A DNA stretch of 64,000 nt from Campylobacteraceae bacterium (GTDB lineage Bacteria; Campylobacterota; Campylobacteria; Campylobacterales; Arcobacteraceae): assembly GCA_018662405.1 (NCBI GenBank), contig JABJGE010000042.1:2108-66107 (forward strand). Reading direction: 5' to 3'. The notes below the pieces were generated by a model. The model was not told the origin of the DNA. It saw only the letters and a program-made list of their open reading frames with translations, and ran no database searches. A program made the translations under genes and the position numbers. Shown in pieces: positions 28,907 to 39,187 of the stretch. Numbering within the stretch: the first letter of the stretch is position 1; every line of letters starts with the position of its first letter.

Positions 28907-30259
28907 TTATACTACGAAGTAGTCTCCGTCAAAACTTACCATTGAATAGTTAGTATCACGACCTAATGATTCTTTTAAATTATCAATTGAAAGATATTCT
29001 AAGCTATCTGCTTCAATAAACTCTTGTACTTCATCTTTTGTCATCATAGCATTTATTAATTCTTCTTTTGTAGGAGTATCAATTCCATAGAAACAAGGAT
29101 GTTGGATCATAGGAGATGCAACTCTAAAATGTACTTCTGCTGCTCCAGCATCTTTTAACATTTTTACAATTCTTTTACTTGTAGTTCCTCTTACAACTGA
29201 ATCATCAATTACAACTAATGATTTACCTTCAATTAATGATCTCATAGGAGAAAGCTTCATTTTAACTTTCATATTTCTCATAGCTTGAGTAGGTTCAATA
29301 AAAGTACGACCTACATAGTGGTTTCTAATAATTCCTAATTCAAAAGGAATTCCAGATTCTTTAGCATAACCTAAAGCAGCAGGTACACCACTATCTGGAA
29401 CAGGAATAACCATATCTGCATTTAAAAGGGCAGCATCATTTTTGGCAAGTAATGCTCCCATATTTTCTCTTGCACTATATACATTTATACCATTGATATC
29501 ACTATCTGGTCTTGCAAAATAGATATATTCAAATGCACATGGTCTAAATTCTTTTGTATTATCAAGCATAATTGATTCAGGTTCGTTATTATCTTTAGAG
29601 AATATTAACATCTCACCTGGTTTAACATCTCTTATAAATTCTGCATCTACAAGGTCAAAACAACAAGTTTCACTTGCTACAATATAACCACCAGATCTAA
29701 GTTTTCCTAAACTTAATGGTCTAATACCATGAGCATCTCTCATTACGAATAATTTTGATCTACTTTGAATGATAAAGTTGTAAGCACCTTTTAATTTTGG
29801 TAAAGATTTAATAATTCTATCTCTTAGTCTATTTGCTGATGATTTTGCAATTAGATGAATTAAGTTTTCAGTATCCATACCTGTTTGAAAGATTGAACCT
29901 TCATCAATTAGTCTTTGCCTAACTTCATTTTTATTTACAAGATTACCATTATGTACAATAGAAATTTCACCTAATTTATATTTAGCGTGAATAGGTTGTG
30001 CATCAAATGTAGAATCACTTCCCGCTGTAGAATATCTATTGTGACCAATAGCCATATTTCCTTTTAAAACACTAAATGCATTTTCATCAAATACATCTCT
30101 TACGTATCCTCTATTTTTTACAGTGAATATCTTCTTGCTATCATCTCCACCACTACTAATACCAGTTGCTTCATGACCTCTATGTTGCATAGCAAATAGA
30201 GCAGCACTTGCTAGCTTTGAGGCATCTTCATTTCCATATATTCCAACTATAGCACACAT
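28907..30259 (-). CDS. purF: amidophosphoribosyltransferase
   Basis: 450 aa. Ntn Cys (MCAIVGI) and PRT motif VVIDDSVVRGTT. Confidence 0.93.
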   Translation of the reverse strand: MCAIVGIYGNEDASKLASAALFAMQHRGHEATGISSGGDDSKKIFTVKNRGYVRDVFDENAFSVLKGNMAIGHNRYSTAGSDSTFDAQPIHAKYKLGEISIVHNGNLVNKNEVRQRLIDEGSIFQTGMDTENLIHLIAKSSANRLRDRIIKSLPKLKGAYNFIIQSRSKLFVMRDAHGIRPLSLGKLRSGGYIVASETCCFDLVDAEFIRDVKPGEMLIFSKDNNEPESIMLDNTKEFRPCAFEYIYFARPDSDINGINVYSARENMGALLAKNDAALLNADMVIPVPDSGVPAALGYAKESGIPFELGIIRNHYVGRTFIEPTQAMRNMKVKMKLSPMRSLIEGKSLVVIDDSVVRGTTSKRIVKMLKDAGAAEVHFRVASPMIQHPCFYGIDTPTKEELINAMMTKDEVQEFIEADSLEYLSIDNLKESLGRDTNYSMVSFDGDYFVV

Positions 30260-30260
30260 A

Positions 30261-31037
30261 TTATAATCCTAAACAATCATTTATTGAATATAAACCAGGT
30301 TCTTGGTTTACAAGCCATTTAGCTGCTTTGATAGCACCTTTTGAGAAAGTATTTCTTGCTGTTGCTGTATGATTTAATTCTATAAATTCACCATCATTGT
30401 AAAAACCTGCAGTATGTCTTCCAACAATATCTCCACCTCTTAGTGCCATAACACCAATTTCATCTTTTGTTCTAGCTCCAATTACACCATCTCTACCAGA
30501 GATTCTTACTTTATCAAGATCTAAATCTCTAGCTTCTGCAGCATGTTCTGCTAAAGTTAAAGCTGTTCCACTTGGAGAATCAACTTTATGTCTATGGTGT
30601 TGTTCTACAATTTCACAATCAAAATCAGAAAGTGTTTTGGAAGCTAATGCCACAAGTTTGTTTAATACAGCAACTCCAAGACTCATGTTTGTTGCATAAA
30701 GAATAGGAACTAATTTACTAGCTTCGATTAAAAGATTTTTTTGATGCTCACTAAATCCAGTTGTAGCAATTACTAAAGGTAATCCACCACCATTTTTGAT
30801 AGTTGTTTCAAGTAAATCTTCAGTAGCTACTGGTGCAGAAAAATCAATTACTACTTCTGATGCATCTAAGAATGCATTCATATCGTTTGTAATTAAAGTA
30901 TCTTTTGGTACTTGTTTTTTTAATTCATCAAATACATGTAGAGCAGCTACTTGTGCTATCTCATCATTTTCTAAATCATCAATTAATAAAGAACCAACTC
31001 TACCTGTACTTCCTAGTATTCCAACTTTTAACATCAA
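30261..31037 (-). CDS. dapB: 4-hydroxy-tetrahydrodipicolinate reductase
   Basis: 258 aa. Motifs GILGSTGRVG and EQHHRHKVDSPSGTA. Confidence 0.92.
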   Translation of the reverse strand: MMLKVGILGSTGRVGSLLIDDLENDEIAQVAALHVFDELKKQVPKDTLITNDMNAFLDASEVVIDFSAPVATEDLLETTIKNGGGLPLVIATTGFSEHQKNLLIEASKLVPILYATNMSLGVAVLNKLVALASKTLSDFDCEIVEQHHRHKVDSPSGTALTLAEHAAEARDLDLDKVRISGRDGVIGARTKDEIGVMALRGGDIVGRHTAGFYNDGEFIELNHTATARNTFSKGAIKAAKWLVNQEPGLYSINDCLGL

Positions 31038-31049
31038 TTTCCTTTAAAT

Positions 31050-31979
31050 TTAACCTAAATATGCAATTGCACTAAGTGCAGCTGTTGCACCATCACCAGC
31101 TGCACAAACAACTTGTTTTGGTGCTTCTATTCTAATATCACCAGCTGCAAATAGCCCTGGTACTGAAGTTTTCATAGATAAATCTACAATAACTTCTCCA
31201 AAATCATTCATATTACATATAAATGACCCATCTTCTTGCTTTAATGTTTCATTTAAAACATCACGACCTACAAATACAAATACACCTGGTACATCTAAAT
31301 TAGAAATATCACCTGTGTCATTATTTTTTATTTTCATTCCTGTCATACCAGAAGTATCACCAATAATTTCATCAACACCTGAGTTTAAAATAAGCTCTAT
31401 ATTATTAGCTTTTTCCATATGTTCAATTGTATTTGGCGCAGCTCTAAAAGTATCTCTTCTGTGAATTACATGAACTTTTGAACAGATTTTAGATAAATAA
31501 ACAGCTTCTTCAATAGCAGTATCACCACCACCTAATACAGCAACTTCTTTACCTTTATAGAAAAATCCATCACATGTAGCACAAGTACTTACTCCTTTTC
31601 CAAAGTAAGTATCTTCACCTTTTACATTTGCTCTTTTAGGAACAGAACCTGTTGCAATAATTACAGCTTTTGCTTCTTGGCTTGTACCATCTATTAATGT
31701 TAATGTAAAAATATCATTAGATTTAGTAATTTTTGTTACTTCGTTCATCTCATGTTTTAATCCAAAAGCAGAACATTGCTCAGGCCAATCTTGCATAAGA
31801 TCCATACCTGTTACAACTTCTTTTTGACCAGGATAATTTTCTATCTCACTACTTTGAGTTATTTGTCCACCAGGAAAACCTTTCTCAAACATAGTAACAT
31901 TTTTTAATCCACCACGAGTTGCATATAGTCCTGCAGTAAGTCCAGCAGGACCTCCACCAATAATTGCTAAATCTAACAT
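31050..31979 (-). CDS. trxB: thioredoxin-disulfide reductase
   Basis: 309 aa. Motifs GGGPAG and the redox centre CATCDG. Confidence 0.93.
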   Translation of the reverse strand: MLDLAIIGGGPAGLTAGLYATRGGLKNVTMFEKGFPGGQITQSSEIENYPGQKEVVTGMDLMQDWPEQCSAFGLKHEMNEVTKITKSNDIFTLTLIDGTSQEAKAVIIATGSVPKRANVKGEDTYFGKGVSTCATCDGFFYKGKEVAVLGGGDTAIEEAVYLSKICSKVHVIHRRDTFRAAPNTIEHMEKANNIELILNSGVDEIIGDTSGMTGMKIKNNDTGDISNLDVPGVFVFVGRDVLNETLKQEDGSFICNMNDFGEVIVDLSMKTSVPGLFAAGDIRIEAPKQVVCAAGDGATAALSAIAYLG

Positions 31980-32057
31980 TTTAATACCTTTTAAAAATTA
32001 AAAATGACAAGATTAATATAACCTTACCATTTTTATTTAATTAATCTAAAAATAAAC

Positions 32058-32375
32058 TTAGATTAAAGAGTTTAATTTTTCTTCGAATGCTTGTTTTGAA
32101 GAAGCTCCAACCATCTCATCAACTTTTTCACCATCTTTAATGAAAACAATTGTTGGAATTGATCTTACACCAAATTTAACTGCTAAATCTTGTTGCTCAT
32201 CAGTATTTACTTTACAGATATTTGCTTTACCTTCGTAAGCTTCTGCTAGTTCTTCAATTACAGGAGCGATCATTCTACAAGGTCCACACCATGGAGCCCA
32301 GAAATCTACTAATGAAACACCTTCTTTAGTTGTTGCTTCAAAATTTTCGTTTGTTAAGTCAATATATTTACCCAT
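32058..32375 (-). CDS. trxA: thioredoxin
   Basis: 105 aa. WCGPC active site. Confidence 0.95.
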   Translation of the reverse strand: MGKYIDLTNENFEATTKEGVSLVDFWAPWCGPCRMIAPVIEELAEAYEGKANICKVNTDEQQDLAVKFGVRSIPTIVFIKDGEKVDEMVGASSKQAFEEKLNSLI

Positions 32376-32508
32376 ATTTATTCCTTTGTTATTTAAATTT
32401 AGAAGATTATACTCTTATAAACTTTAGGGGAAACTAAAGTGAAGAATGTACTTCAGTTTCTTTTGGATAAAATAACGAAAATACATATAAGTTAATAGGA
32501 ATATATAG

Positions 32509-35058
32509 ATGGATATTAGAAAAGAATTTTTAGAATATTTTAAATCAAAAGGTCATGATGTTGTAAGTTCAATGCCACTTATACCAGATGATCCAACATT
32601 AATGTTTGTAAATGCAGGAATGGTTCAGTTTAAAGATATATTTACAGGTGCTATACCTACACCTGCAAATCCAAAAGCTACATCTTGTCAGCTATGTTTA
32701 AGAGCTGGAGGAAAGCATAATGACCTTGAAAATGTAGGTTATACAGCTAGACATCATACTCTTTTTGAGATGCTAGGTAACTTCTCTTTTGGAGACTATT
32801 TTAAGCAAGATGCTATTAATCATGCATGGGAATTTATTACAAAAAACCTTGAATTACCGGTAGAAAAATTATGGGTAACAGTACACGATAGTGATGATGA
32901 AGCTTATGATATGTGGAAAGAGATTGTTGCAGAAGATAGAATTATTAGATTTGGTGATGCTGACAATTTCTGGTCTATGGGGGATACTGGAGCATGTGGT
33001 CCTTGTAGTGAGATTTTCTATGATCAGGGTGCTGAACATTTTGATGGCCCTGAAGATAAAATGGGTGGAGAAGGTGATAGGTTCTTAGAAATTTGGAATC
33101 TAGTATTTATGCAATATGATAGACAAAAAGATGGGACTTTAGTTCCTCTACCAAAACCATCTATTGATACAGGTATGGGGCTTGAAAGAGTAATTGCAAT
33201 TAAAGAGGGTGTTTTAAATAATTTTGATTCATCTCAATTTAAACCTATGGTAGAAAAAATTGAAGCACTTTGTGGAAATAAAGCTGTAGAAAAAAATATT
33301 GGTTCTTACCGTGTAATTGCTGACCATGTTAGAGCAGTTTCATTTATGCTTTGTGATGGTATATTATTTGATAAAGAAGGTCGAGGATATGTTCTTAGAA
33401 GAATTCTTAGACGAGCAGTAAGACATGGATATTTACTTGGATTTAGAAAACCTTATATGGGTCAAGTTGTTGATACATTAGTTGATACTATGTCTGGGCA
33501 CTACAGTTTCTTAAAAGAAAAACAAGAATATATAAAAGAGCAGATCACTCTTGAAGAAGAAAGATTTTTCAAAACAATAGAAAAAGGTATGAATTTATTT
33601 AATGAAGAATTACCTAATACAAAAGATAAATTTTCAGGTGAAGTTGCATTTAAACTTTATGATACATTTGGATTCCCTTTAGACCTTACAGAAGATATGC
33701 TTCGTGAAAAAGGTATGGAAGTAGATACTAATACTTTTGAAACATGTATGGGTGAGCAAAAGAAAAAGGCAAAAGCTGCTTGGAAAGGCAGTGGAGATGC
33801 TGCTAAAGATGGCGATTTTAAAGCTATTTTAGAAACTATTGGAAAGAATGAATTTGTAGGATACGATAGTACAATATCTAATACTAAAATTTTAACACTT
33901 TTAGATGATGACTTTAAACAAGTTACAACACTTGAAACTTCTGGATGGGTAATGCTAGATAAAACTCCTTTTTATGCTACATCAGGTGGACAAACTGGGG
34001 ATATTGGTGCATTAGAAGCTACAGATTTAATTGTAAGTGTTGAAGAAACTTCTAAATTTTTTGATATAAATTTATCAAAAGTTACAGTAGATAATGGAAT
34101 ATTGAATGTAGGTGATGAAGTTGAAGCTATTGTTATTCAAAGAGATGAAATTGAAAAACATCATAGTGCAACACATTTATTACAAAGTGCTTTAAAAATA
34201 GTATTGGGTGATACAGTATCACAAGCTGGATCTTTAAATGAATCTAATAGATTAAGATTTGACTTTACATACCCTAAAGCTATGACTTCAGTACAAATTG
34301 CAGAAGTTGAAGATTTAGTAAATTCAATGATTTCTAATAATTTTGAAGGTGATGTAGAAGAATTACCAATAGAACAAGCAAAGAAAAAAGGTGCTATTGC
34401 TATGTTTGGTGAAAAGTATGGTGATACTGTAAGAGTTGTTCAGTTTGGTGATGCTAGTGTAGAATTTTGTGGTGGAACACATGTAAAGCATACATCTCAA
34501 ATTGGAAGTTTTTATATTACAGCTGAAAGAGGTGTAAGTGCTGGTGTTCGTAGAATTGAAGCTGTATGTGGGCAAGCTGCATTAGAATATTCAAAATCAT
34601 TTATGAGTACAGTAAGTAAGATTGAAGCAGAAGTAAAAAATAAAGATGTTGTTCTAGGTGTAGCAAAATTAAAAGAACAAATTAAAGCACTTAAAAAAGA
34701 ACTTGAAGATGCGCACTCTAATGTATCAGCACCTTTAGGTGAATGTGAAATCAATGGTGTAAAAGTTGTTGTTGATATTGTAGAAAATGGTGATCTTAAA
34801 AAGCTTGTAGATGATATGAAAAATGGACATGAAAATGTAGCAATTTTTTTACTTCAAGCTAAAGGTGACAAAGTGATGATGGTATCTGGTGTAAAAGGTG
34901 CTAGTATCAAAGCTGGAGATTGGATTAAAAATATTGCTCCAATTGTACAAGGTGGTGGTGGTGGAAGACCAGACTTTGCACAAGCAGGTGGAAAAGATGT
35001 ATCAAAAATAAATGATGCAAAAGCTGCAGCACTACAATATGCTCAAGATAATATTTAA
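32509..35058 (+). CDS. alaS: alanine--tRNA ligase
   Basis: 849 aa. Class II core, editing-domain HSATHLL and CGGTHV, and C-terminal [14 protein letters not shown]. Confidence 0.95.
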   Translation: MDIRKEFLEYFKSKGHDVVSSMPLIPDDPTLMFVNAGMVQFKDIFTGAIPTPANPKATSCQLCLRAGGKHNDLENVGYTARHHTLFEMLGNFSFGDYFKQDAINHAWEFITKNLELPVEKLWVTVHDSDDEAYDMWKEIVAEDRIIRFGDADNFWSMGDTGACGPCSEIFYDQGAEHFDGPEDKMGGEGDRFLEIWNLVFMQYDRQKDGTLVPLPKPSIDTGMGLERVIAIKEGVLNNFDSSQFKPMVEKIEALCGNKAVEKNIGSYRVIADHVRAVSFMLCDGILFDKEGRGYVLRRILRRAVRHGYLLGFRKPYMGQVVDTLVDTMSGHYSFLKEKQEYIKEQITLEEERFFKTIEKGMNLFNEELPNTKDKFSGEVAFKLYDTFGFPLDLTEDMLREKGMEVDTNTFETCMGEQKKKAKAAWKGSGDAAKDGDFKAILETIGKNEFVGYDSTISNTKILTLLDDDFKQVTTLETSGWVMLDKTPFYATSGGQTGDIGALEATDLIVSVEETSKFFDINLSKVTVDNGILNVGDEVEAIVIQRDEIEKHHSATHLLQSALKIVLGDTVSQAGSLNESNRLRFDFTYPKAMTSVQIAEVEDLVNSMISNNFEGDVEELPIEQAKKKGAIAMFGEKYGDTVRVVQFGDASVEFCGGTHVKHTSQIGSFYITAERGVSAGVRRIEAVCGQAALEYSKSFMSTVSKIEAEVKNKDVVLGVAKLKEQIKALKKELEDAHSNVSAPLGECEINGVKVVVDIVENGDLKKLVDDMKNGHENVAIFLLQAKGDKVMMVSGVKGASIKAGDWIKNIAPIVQGGGGGRPDFAQAGGKDVSKINDAKAAALQYAQDNI

Positions 35059-35067
35059 GGGAAGAGT

Positions 35068-35538
35068 ATGATTGAAACAAATATGCACTTAATTGTATTT
35101 TTACATGTAATATCAGCTGTAATTTGGGTAGGTGGAATGATAGCAATTAGATTTGCTGTTCATTATGCTACTCCAAAAATAAAAGAACCAAAAGTAAAAC
35201 TAGAAATTACTCTTGAGATATTACGAAGATTCTTTAAAATTGTTTCAGTATTCATTATGCTACTTATATTAACAGCAGTAGCTATGAGTTTGGAATTTGG
35301 ATTAAATAAAAGTGAATTGTCTTCTATATCACATTCAAAAGAAGCTATATATATGATTATGACAATAATATTTATATATATAGTAAAAAAACGAAATCAA
35401 GCACAACAATTTTTTAATGATGGAAATATGCTTGAATGTAAGAAACAATTACTACCAATAGCAGGATATCTTATACCTATAAATATTACATTAGGTGTAG
35501 TAGCAATTTATTTAGGAATAGTTCTTAGAGGATTTTAA
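35068..35538 (+). CDS. 4-TM membrane protein (CopD/HemJ-like topology; function uncertain)
   Basis: 156 aa with a conserved-looking His in TM1 (FLHVISAVIWVGGM). 9 nt after alaS. Confidence 0.4.
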   Translation: MIETNMHLIVFLHVISAVIWVGGMIAIRFAVHYATPKIKEPKVKLEITLEILRRFFKIVSVFIMLLILTAVAMSLEFGLNKSELSSISHSKEAIYMIMTIIFIYIVKKRNQAQQFFNDGNMLECKKQLLPIAGYLIPINITLGVVAIYLGIVLRGF

Positions 35539-35562
35539 AATTACAAAATTTAATTATAATAT

Positions 35563-35596
35563 AAAAAAGGTCAGGAGAAATCTTGACCTTTTTTTA
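35563..35596 (+). terminator. rho-independent terminator
   Basis: ggtcagga-gaaa-tcttgacc stem followed by T7. Confidence 0.65.
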
Positions 35597-35659
35597 TAGT
35601 TTAATAAATTAGATTTAATTATTTATTTTCACATCAACTTCAAAAGTTAAAATCTAATT

Positions 35660-37096
35660 ATGAAAAATATAATAGTAAAAAATACTTATCTTGATAGCTT
35701 TGATAAGCTATTTTATAATTTAGAAAAAATATCACCTTTAAATGATGCAAAATTATTAAGTGCTAATCAAAGTGCAGCTAATTTAATAGATTTAAATTTA
35801 GAAAATATATCAAATGATGATATGAAAAAATTGTTAAATGGTGAAATATTATTGAATAATTCAAAACCATATTCAATGGCATATGCAGGACATCAGTTTG
35901 GTTCAAGAGTTCCACAATTAGGTGATGGACGGGCTATGAATATTGGAACTATAAATGGATGGCATTTACAATTAAAAGGAAGTGGACAAACAAAATATTC
36001 AAGGCAAGGTGATGGACGAGCAGTTTTAAGGTCATCAATAAGAGAATATTTAATGAGTGAAGCAATGCATGGATTAGGAATACCAACAACTAGAGCATTA
36101 GCGATAAATACATCTAAGCATGGAGTTCCAAGAGAATGGAAAACTGAAAAAGGTGCTGTAGTATTAAGACTGTCACAATCATGGATAAGAATAGGTTCAT
36201 TTGAATTTTTTTATTATAACGGCGGAAAAGAATCTGTACAAAAGTTAGCTAATTATGTAATCGAGGAAAACTATCCTTATTTAAAAGATAGTGAAACAAA
36301 ATATAAAGATTTTTATTTTGAGTTAGTTGATAAAAGTGCAAAAATGGTATCTCTATGGCAAAGTGTAGGCTTTATGCACGGTGTATTGAATACAGATAAT
36401 ACATCTGTAATTGGAGTTACTTTGGATTATGGACCATTTGCATTTATGGATAAATTTGAAAAGCATAATATCTGTAATCATACAGATAGCCAAGGTCGAT
36501 ATTCTTATGCAAATCAACCATCAATTATTCAGTGGAATTTAAAAGTTTTAGCAGTAACACTTCAAGGTATTGTAGCAAAAGAAGAACTAGATGAAATAAA
36601 TGAAATGTTTATGTTTTTATATACAAAATATTATTATGAGCAAATGTCAAAAAAACTAGGATTAGTTGATGGCTCAAATACTAATTCACATAAATTGCTT
36701 GATGGACTACTAGATATATTAGAAGAATGTGAGATTGACTATACAAACTTTTTCTATATCTTAAGTATATATACTTCAAAAGATGAGGTATTAGAACTTA
36801 CATTAAAAAAAGATATTTTAAATACTTGGTTTGATAAATATAATAATATTTGTCAAGAACAAGACATATCAAAAGAAGAAAGACAAGAACAAATGTCAAA
36901 AATAAACCCAAAATATGTTCTTAAAAATTATATGATTCAAGAAGCAATTGATAAGGCAAATGATGATGACTTTTCATTAGTTGAAGATTTATTAAAAGTT
37001 GCTCAAAATCCTTATAAAAATTATGAGGCTATGAATAAATATGTGAAAAATACACCAAGTGAACTTTCAAATTTAAGACTTTCTTGCTCGTCTTAA
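35660..37096 (+). CDS. selO: protein adenylyltransferase SelO (YdiU family)
   Basis: 478 aa. AYAGHQFG...LGDGRA...LKGSGQT pattern of SelO pseudokinases. Confidence 0.85.
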   Translation: MKNIIVKNTYLDSFDKLFYNLEKISPLNDAKLLSANQSAANLIDLNLENISNDDMKKLLNGEILLNNSKPYSMAYAGHQFGSRVPQLGDGRAMNIGTINGWHLQLKGSGQTKYSRQGDGRAVLRSSIREYLMSEAMHGLGIPTTRALAINTSKHGVPREWKTEKGAVVLRLSQSWIRIGSFEFFYYNGGKESVQKLANYVIEENYPYLKDSETKYKDFYFELVDKSAKMVSLWQSVGFMHGVLNTDNTSVIGVTLDYGPFAFMDKFEKHNICNHTDSQGRYSYANQPSIIQWNLKVLAVTLQGIVAKEELDEINEMFMFLYTKYYYEQMSKKLGLVDGSNTNSHKLLDGLLDILEECEIDYTNFFYILSIYTSKDEVLELTLKKDILNTWFDKYNNICQEQDISKEERQEQMSKINPKYVLKNYMIQEAIDKANDDDFSLVEDLLKVAQNPYKNYEAMNKYVKNTPSELSNLRLSCSS

Positions 37097-38181
37097 ACTA
37101 ATATGATATTTTGTCCAAAAGGAGTTTCAACTTCTTTTGAACTTAATGCCCAAATAATATCATACATAGGCTCTTCTTTTGGGAATGTTCCAAATCCATC
37201 TGTAAAATATATCATTAAATTAATTTGAGATATATTCTCATCGATATATATAAATGTATTTTCAAAATTAGTTCCACCGCCACCTTTTAAATTATAAGAT
37301 ATTTCATCTCCTGGATATAAAACATGATGCTCTTGAACCTTTGCATCAGCTATTAAAAGATCTATTTCATAGTTTGAAAAACTATTCATAATAGCATTTA
37401 CTTCAGATAAAAATTTTGACAAGAGACTAGGCTCAATAGATCCAGAACTATCAATAGCAATTATAATTTTTACTTTCTCGCCACTTAAAGATGGTAATGC
37501 AATACCTTGTGAAATATATCGTTTATTTGGTGGACTAAGTCTATAATCAAACTTTACAGAATTTTCAATGATTGTATAAAGTTCATCTTCCCAAGTGATT
37601 GTATTTGAATTAATATCTGGAACTAGCATCTCAATTCCTAGAGGTAAATCACCATGAAGTTTTGCTTTTGATAATAACTGTTGATTTATTTGTTCAATTG
37701 GATCGGTGTCATAATCATTAACTTCTGGCATTTTTTCATATTTTATTTTATCAACTTTTTGAGGAGTATGCTTATCTAAATCAATCTCACCTTCTAAAAT
37801 TGTATAAATAGACTCTGCACTATGTCCATCAAATAAATGATCATAATTTAATCCATCTGGCATATCTAATCCATTGTTTACAAGTAAAGAATTTATAGCA
37901 TAATCTTGTGCCATTTTCCAAAGCCAATCCATACGACCTTCTTTTCTAGAAGCTGAACCAAAAGCTTGATGCATTGCCGAATTAGTAAGAATAAATGATA
38001 ATTGTTCATCTGAAATATACTCAATATAGTCATCATTGTATTCGAAAAAATTTGGATTTGTTTCGAAAGTTTTTAAATCTTCATTTAGTTTTGACTTTAA
38101 AGATGATGCAATAGAACCAAAGTATGGCTGATCTAAAAGTAGTCTAGCTTTTACTTGCTCTATTCGTGTTTCAATAGTCAT
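37093..38181 (-). CDS. VWA-domain protein with DUF2201-like N-terminal region (MIDAS intact, HExxH absent)
   Basis: 362 aa. MIDAS IIIAIDSSGSI and downstream YFTDG. The N-terminal region resembles the putative-peptidase domain of DUF2201 proteins but reads AMHQAFGS (no HExxH). Confidence 0.6.
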   Translation of the reverse strand: MTIETRIEQVKARLLLDQPYFGSIASSLKSKLNEDLKTFETNPNFFEYNDDYIEYISDEQLSFILTNSAMHQAFGSASRKEGRMDWLWKMAQDYAINSLLVNNGLDMPDGLNYDHLFDGHSAESIYTILEGEIDLDKHTPQKVDKIKYEKMPEVNDYDTDPIEQINQQLLSKAKLHGDLPLGIEMLVPDINSNTITWEDELYTIIENSVKFDYRLSPPNKRYISQGIALPSLSGEKVKIIIAIDSSGSIEPSLLSKFLSEVNAIMNSFSNYEIDLLIADAKVQEHHVLYPGDEISYNLKGGGGTNFENTFIYIDENISQINLMIYFTDGFGTFPKEEPMYDIIWALSSKEVETPFGQNIILV

Positions 38182-38182
38182 G

Positions 38183-39187
38183 TTATTGTATTAAAAACCT
38201 ATGTGCATCTATCCAGTCTTTCCACATTGGATTTGATTCCACTTCTACACCTTCTTCTTGTAAATCTTTCATTAGAAGCATAGAAAATTCACCACTTAAT
38301 GTAATGGCAAATGATATAACATTAGATATTTGTTCTTTAGTAGCATTTTGTTTTAATGCATAAACAATACCAATTGTAAGTGCATACATAGCAGAATTTT
38401 TAGTAGGTAAATCTACTTCTATACCATTACAAATATCTTCAATACTAGGTAAGTCGTTCATGATTTTACAATAGTTTAAAAATTCAGTAGCACTATCTTT
38501 TCCAATAGCTCCAGAGATTACATTTTCAAGTAATTCTAACTCTAGTTCCGATTTTAGTACATCATCTACATACTTCCAAGATCTTGGAGTCGCAAATGAT
38601 TTTTCATTTGATTTTGGATCAAAAGTAAATAAATTTGATGGTTTATATGAAAGGTATGAGATGATTCTTTTATCTATATTTACAGAATATGCCCATTGTT
38701 TCCATGATGTAAAATCAATATCAAAATACATATGTATAAATCTATTTGCTAGTGGAGTTGGCATACGATATGTCACCCCTCTATCATTTTCATAATTTCC
38801 AGCTGCTATGATTGAATAATTCTTAGGTAAAGTATATTCACCAATTTTTCTATCTAAGATTAGTTGATATGCAGCAGCTTGAATAGTTGGTGGTGCTGAA
38901 TTTATTTCATCTAAAAATAATATACCAAACTCTTCACTATTGCTGTTTGGTAAAAATTCTGGTTTTGCCCAAATAGCAGTTTTTGTAGTTTGATCAAAAA
39001 ATGGAACACCCCTTAAATCTGTAGGATCAAGAAGTGAAAGTCTTAAATCTATAAATTCCATATTTGATTCTTGTGCAATTTGTGAGATTAAAGATGATTT
39101 TCCAACACCTGGGCTTCCCCAGATAAATGTTGGTATTTGTGATTTAATAAGAGGTATAAGTGATTTTTTTAGATCAATTGAATTCAT
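38183..39187 (-). CDS. MoxR-like AAA+ ATPase (AAA_5 type)
   Basis: 334 aa. Walker A GSPGVGKSS and Walker B ILFLDEIN. Single AAA module plus a helical C-terminal domain. Confidence 0.75.
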   Translation of the reverse strand: MNSIDLKKSLIPLIKSQIPTFIWGSPGVGKSSLISQIAQESNMEFIDLRLSLLDPTDLRGVPFFDQTTKTAIWAKPEFLPNSNSEEFGILFLDEINSAPPTIQAAAYQLILDRKIGEYTLPKNYSIIAAGNYENDRGVTYRMPTPLANRFIHMYFDIDFTSWKQWAYSVNIDKRIISYLSYKPSNLFTFDPKSNEKSFATPRSWKYVDDVLKSELELELLENVISGAIGKDSATEFLNYCKIMNDLPSIEDICNGIEVDLPTKNSAMYALTIGIVYALKQNATKEQISNVISFAITLSGEFSMLLMKDLQEEGVEVESNPMWKDWIDAHRFLIQ

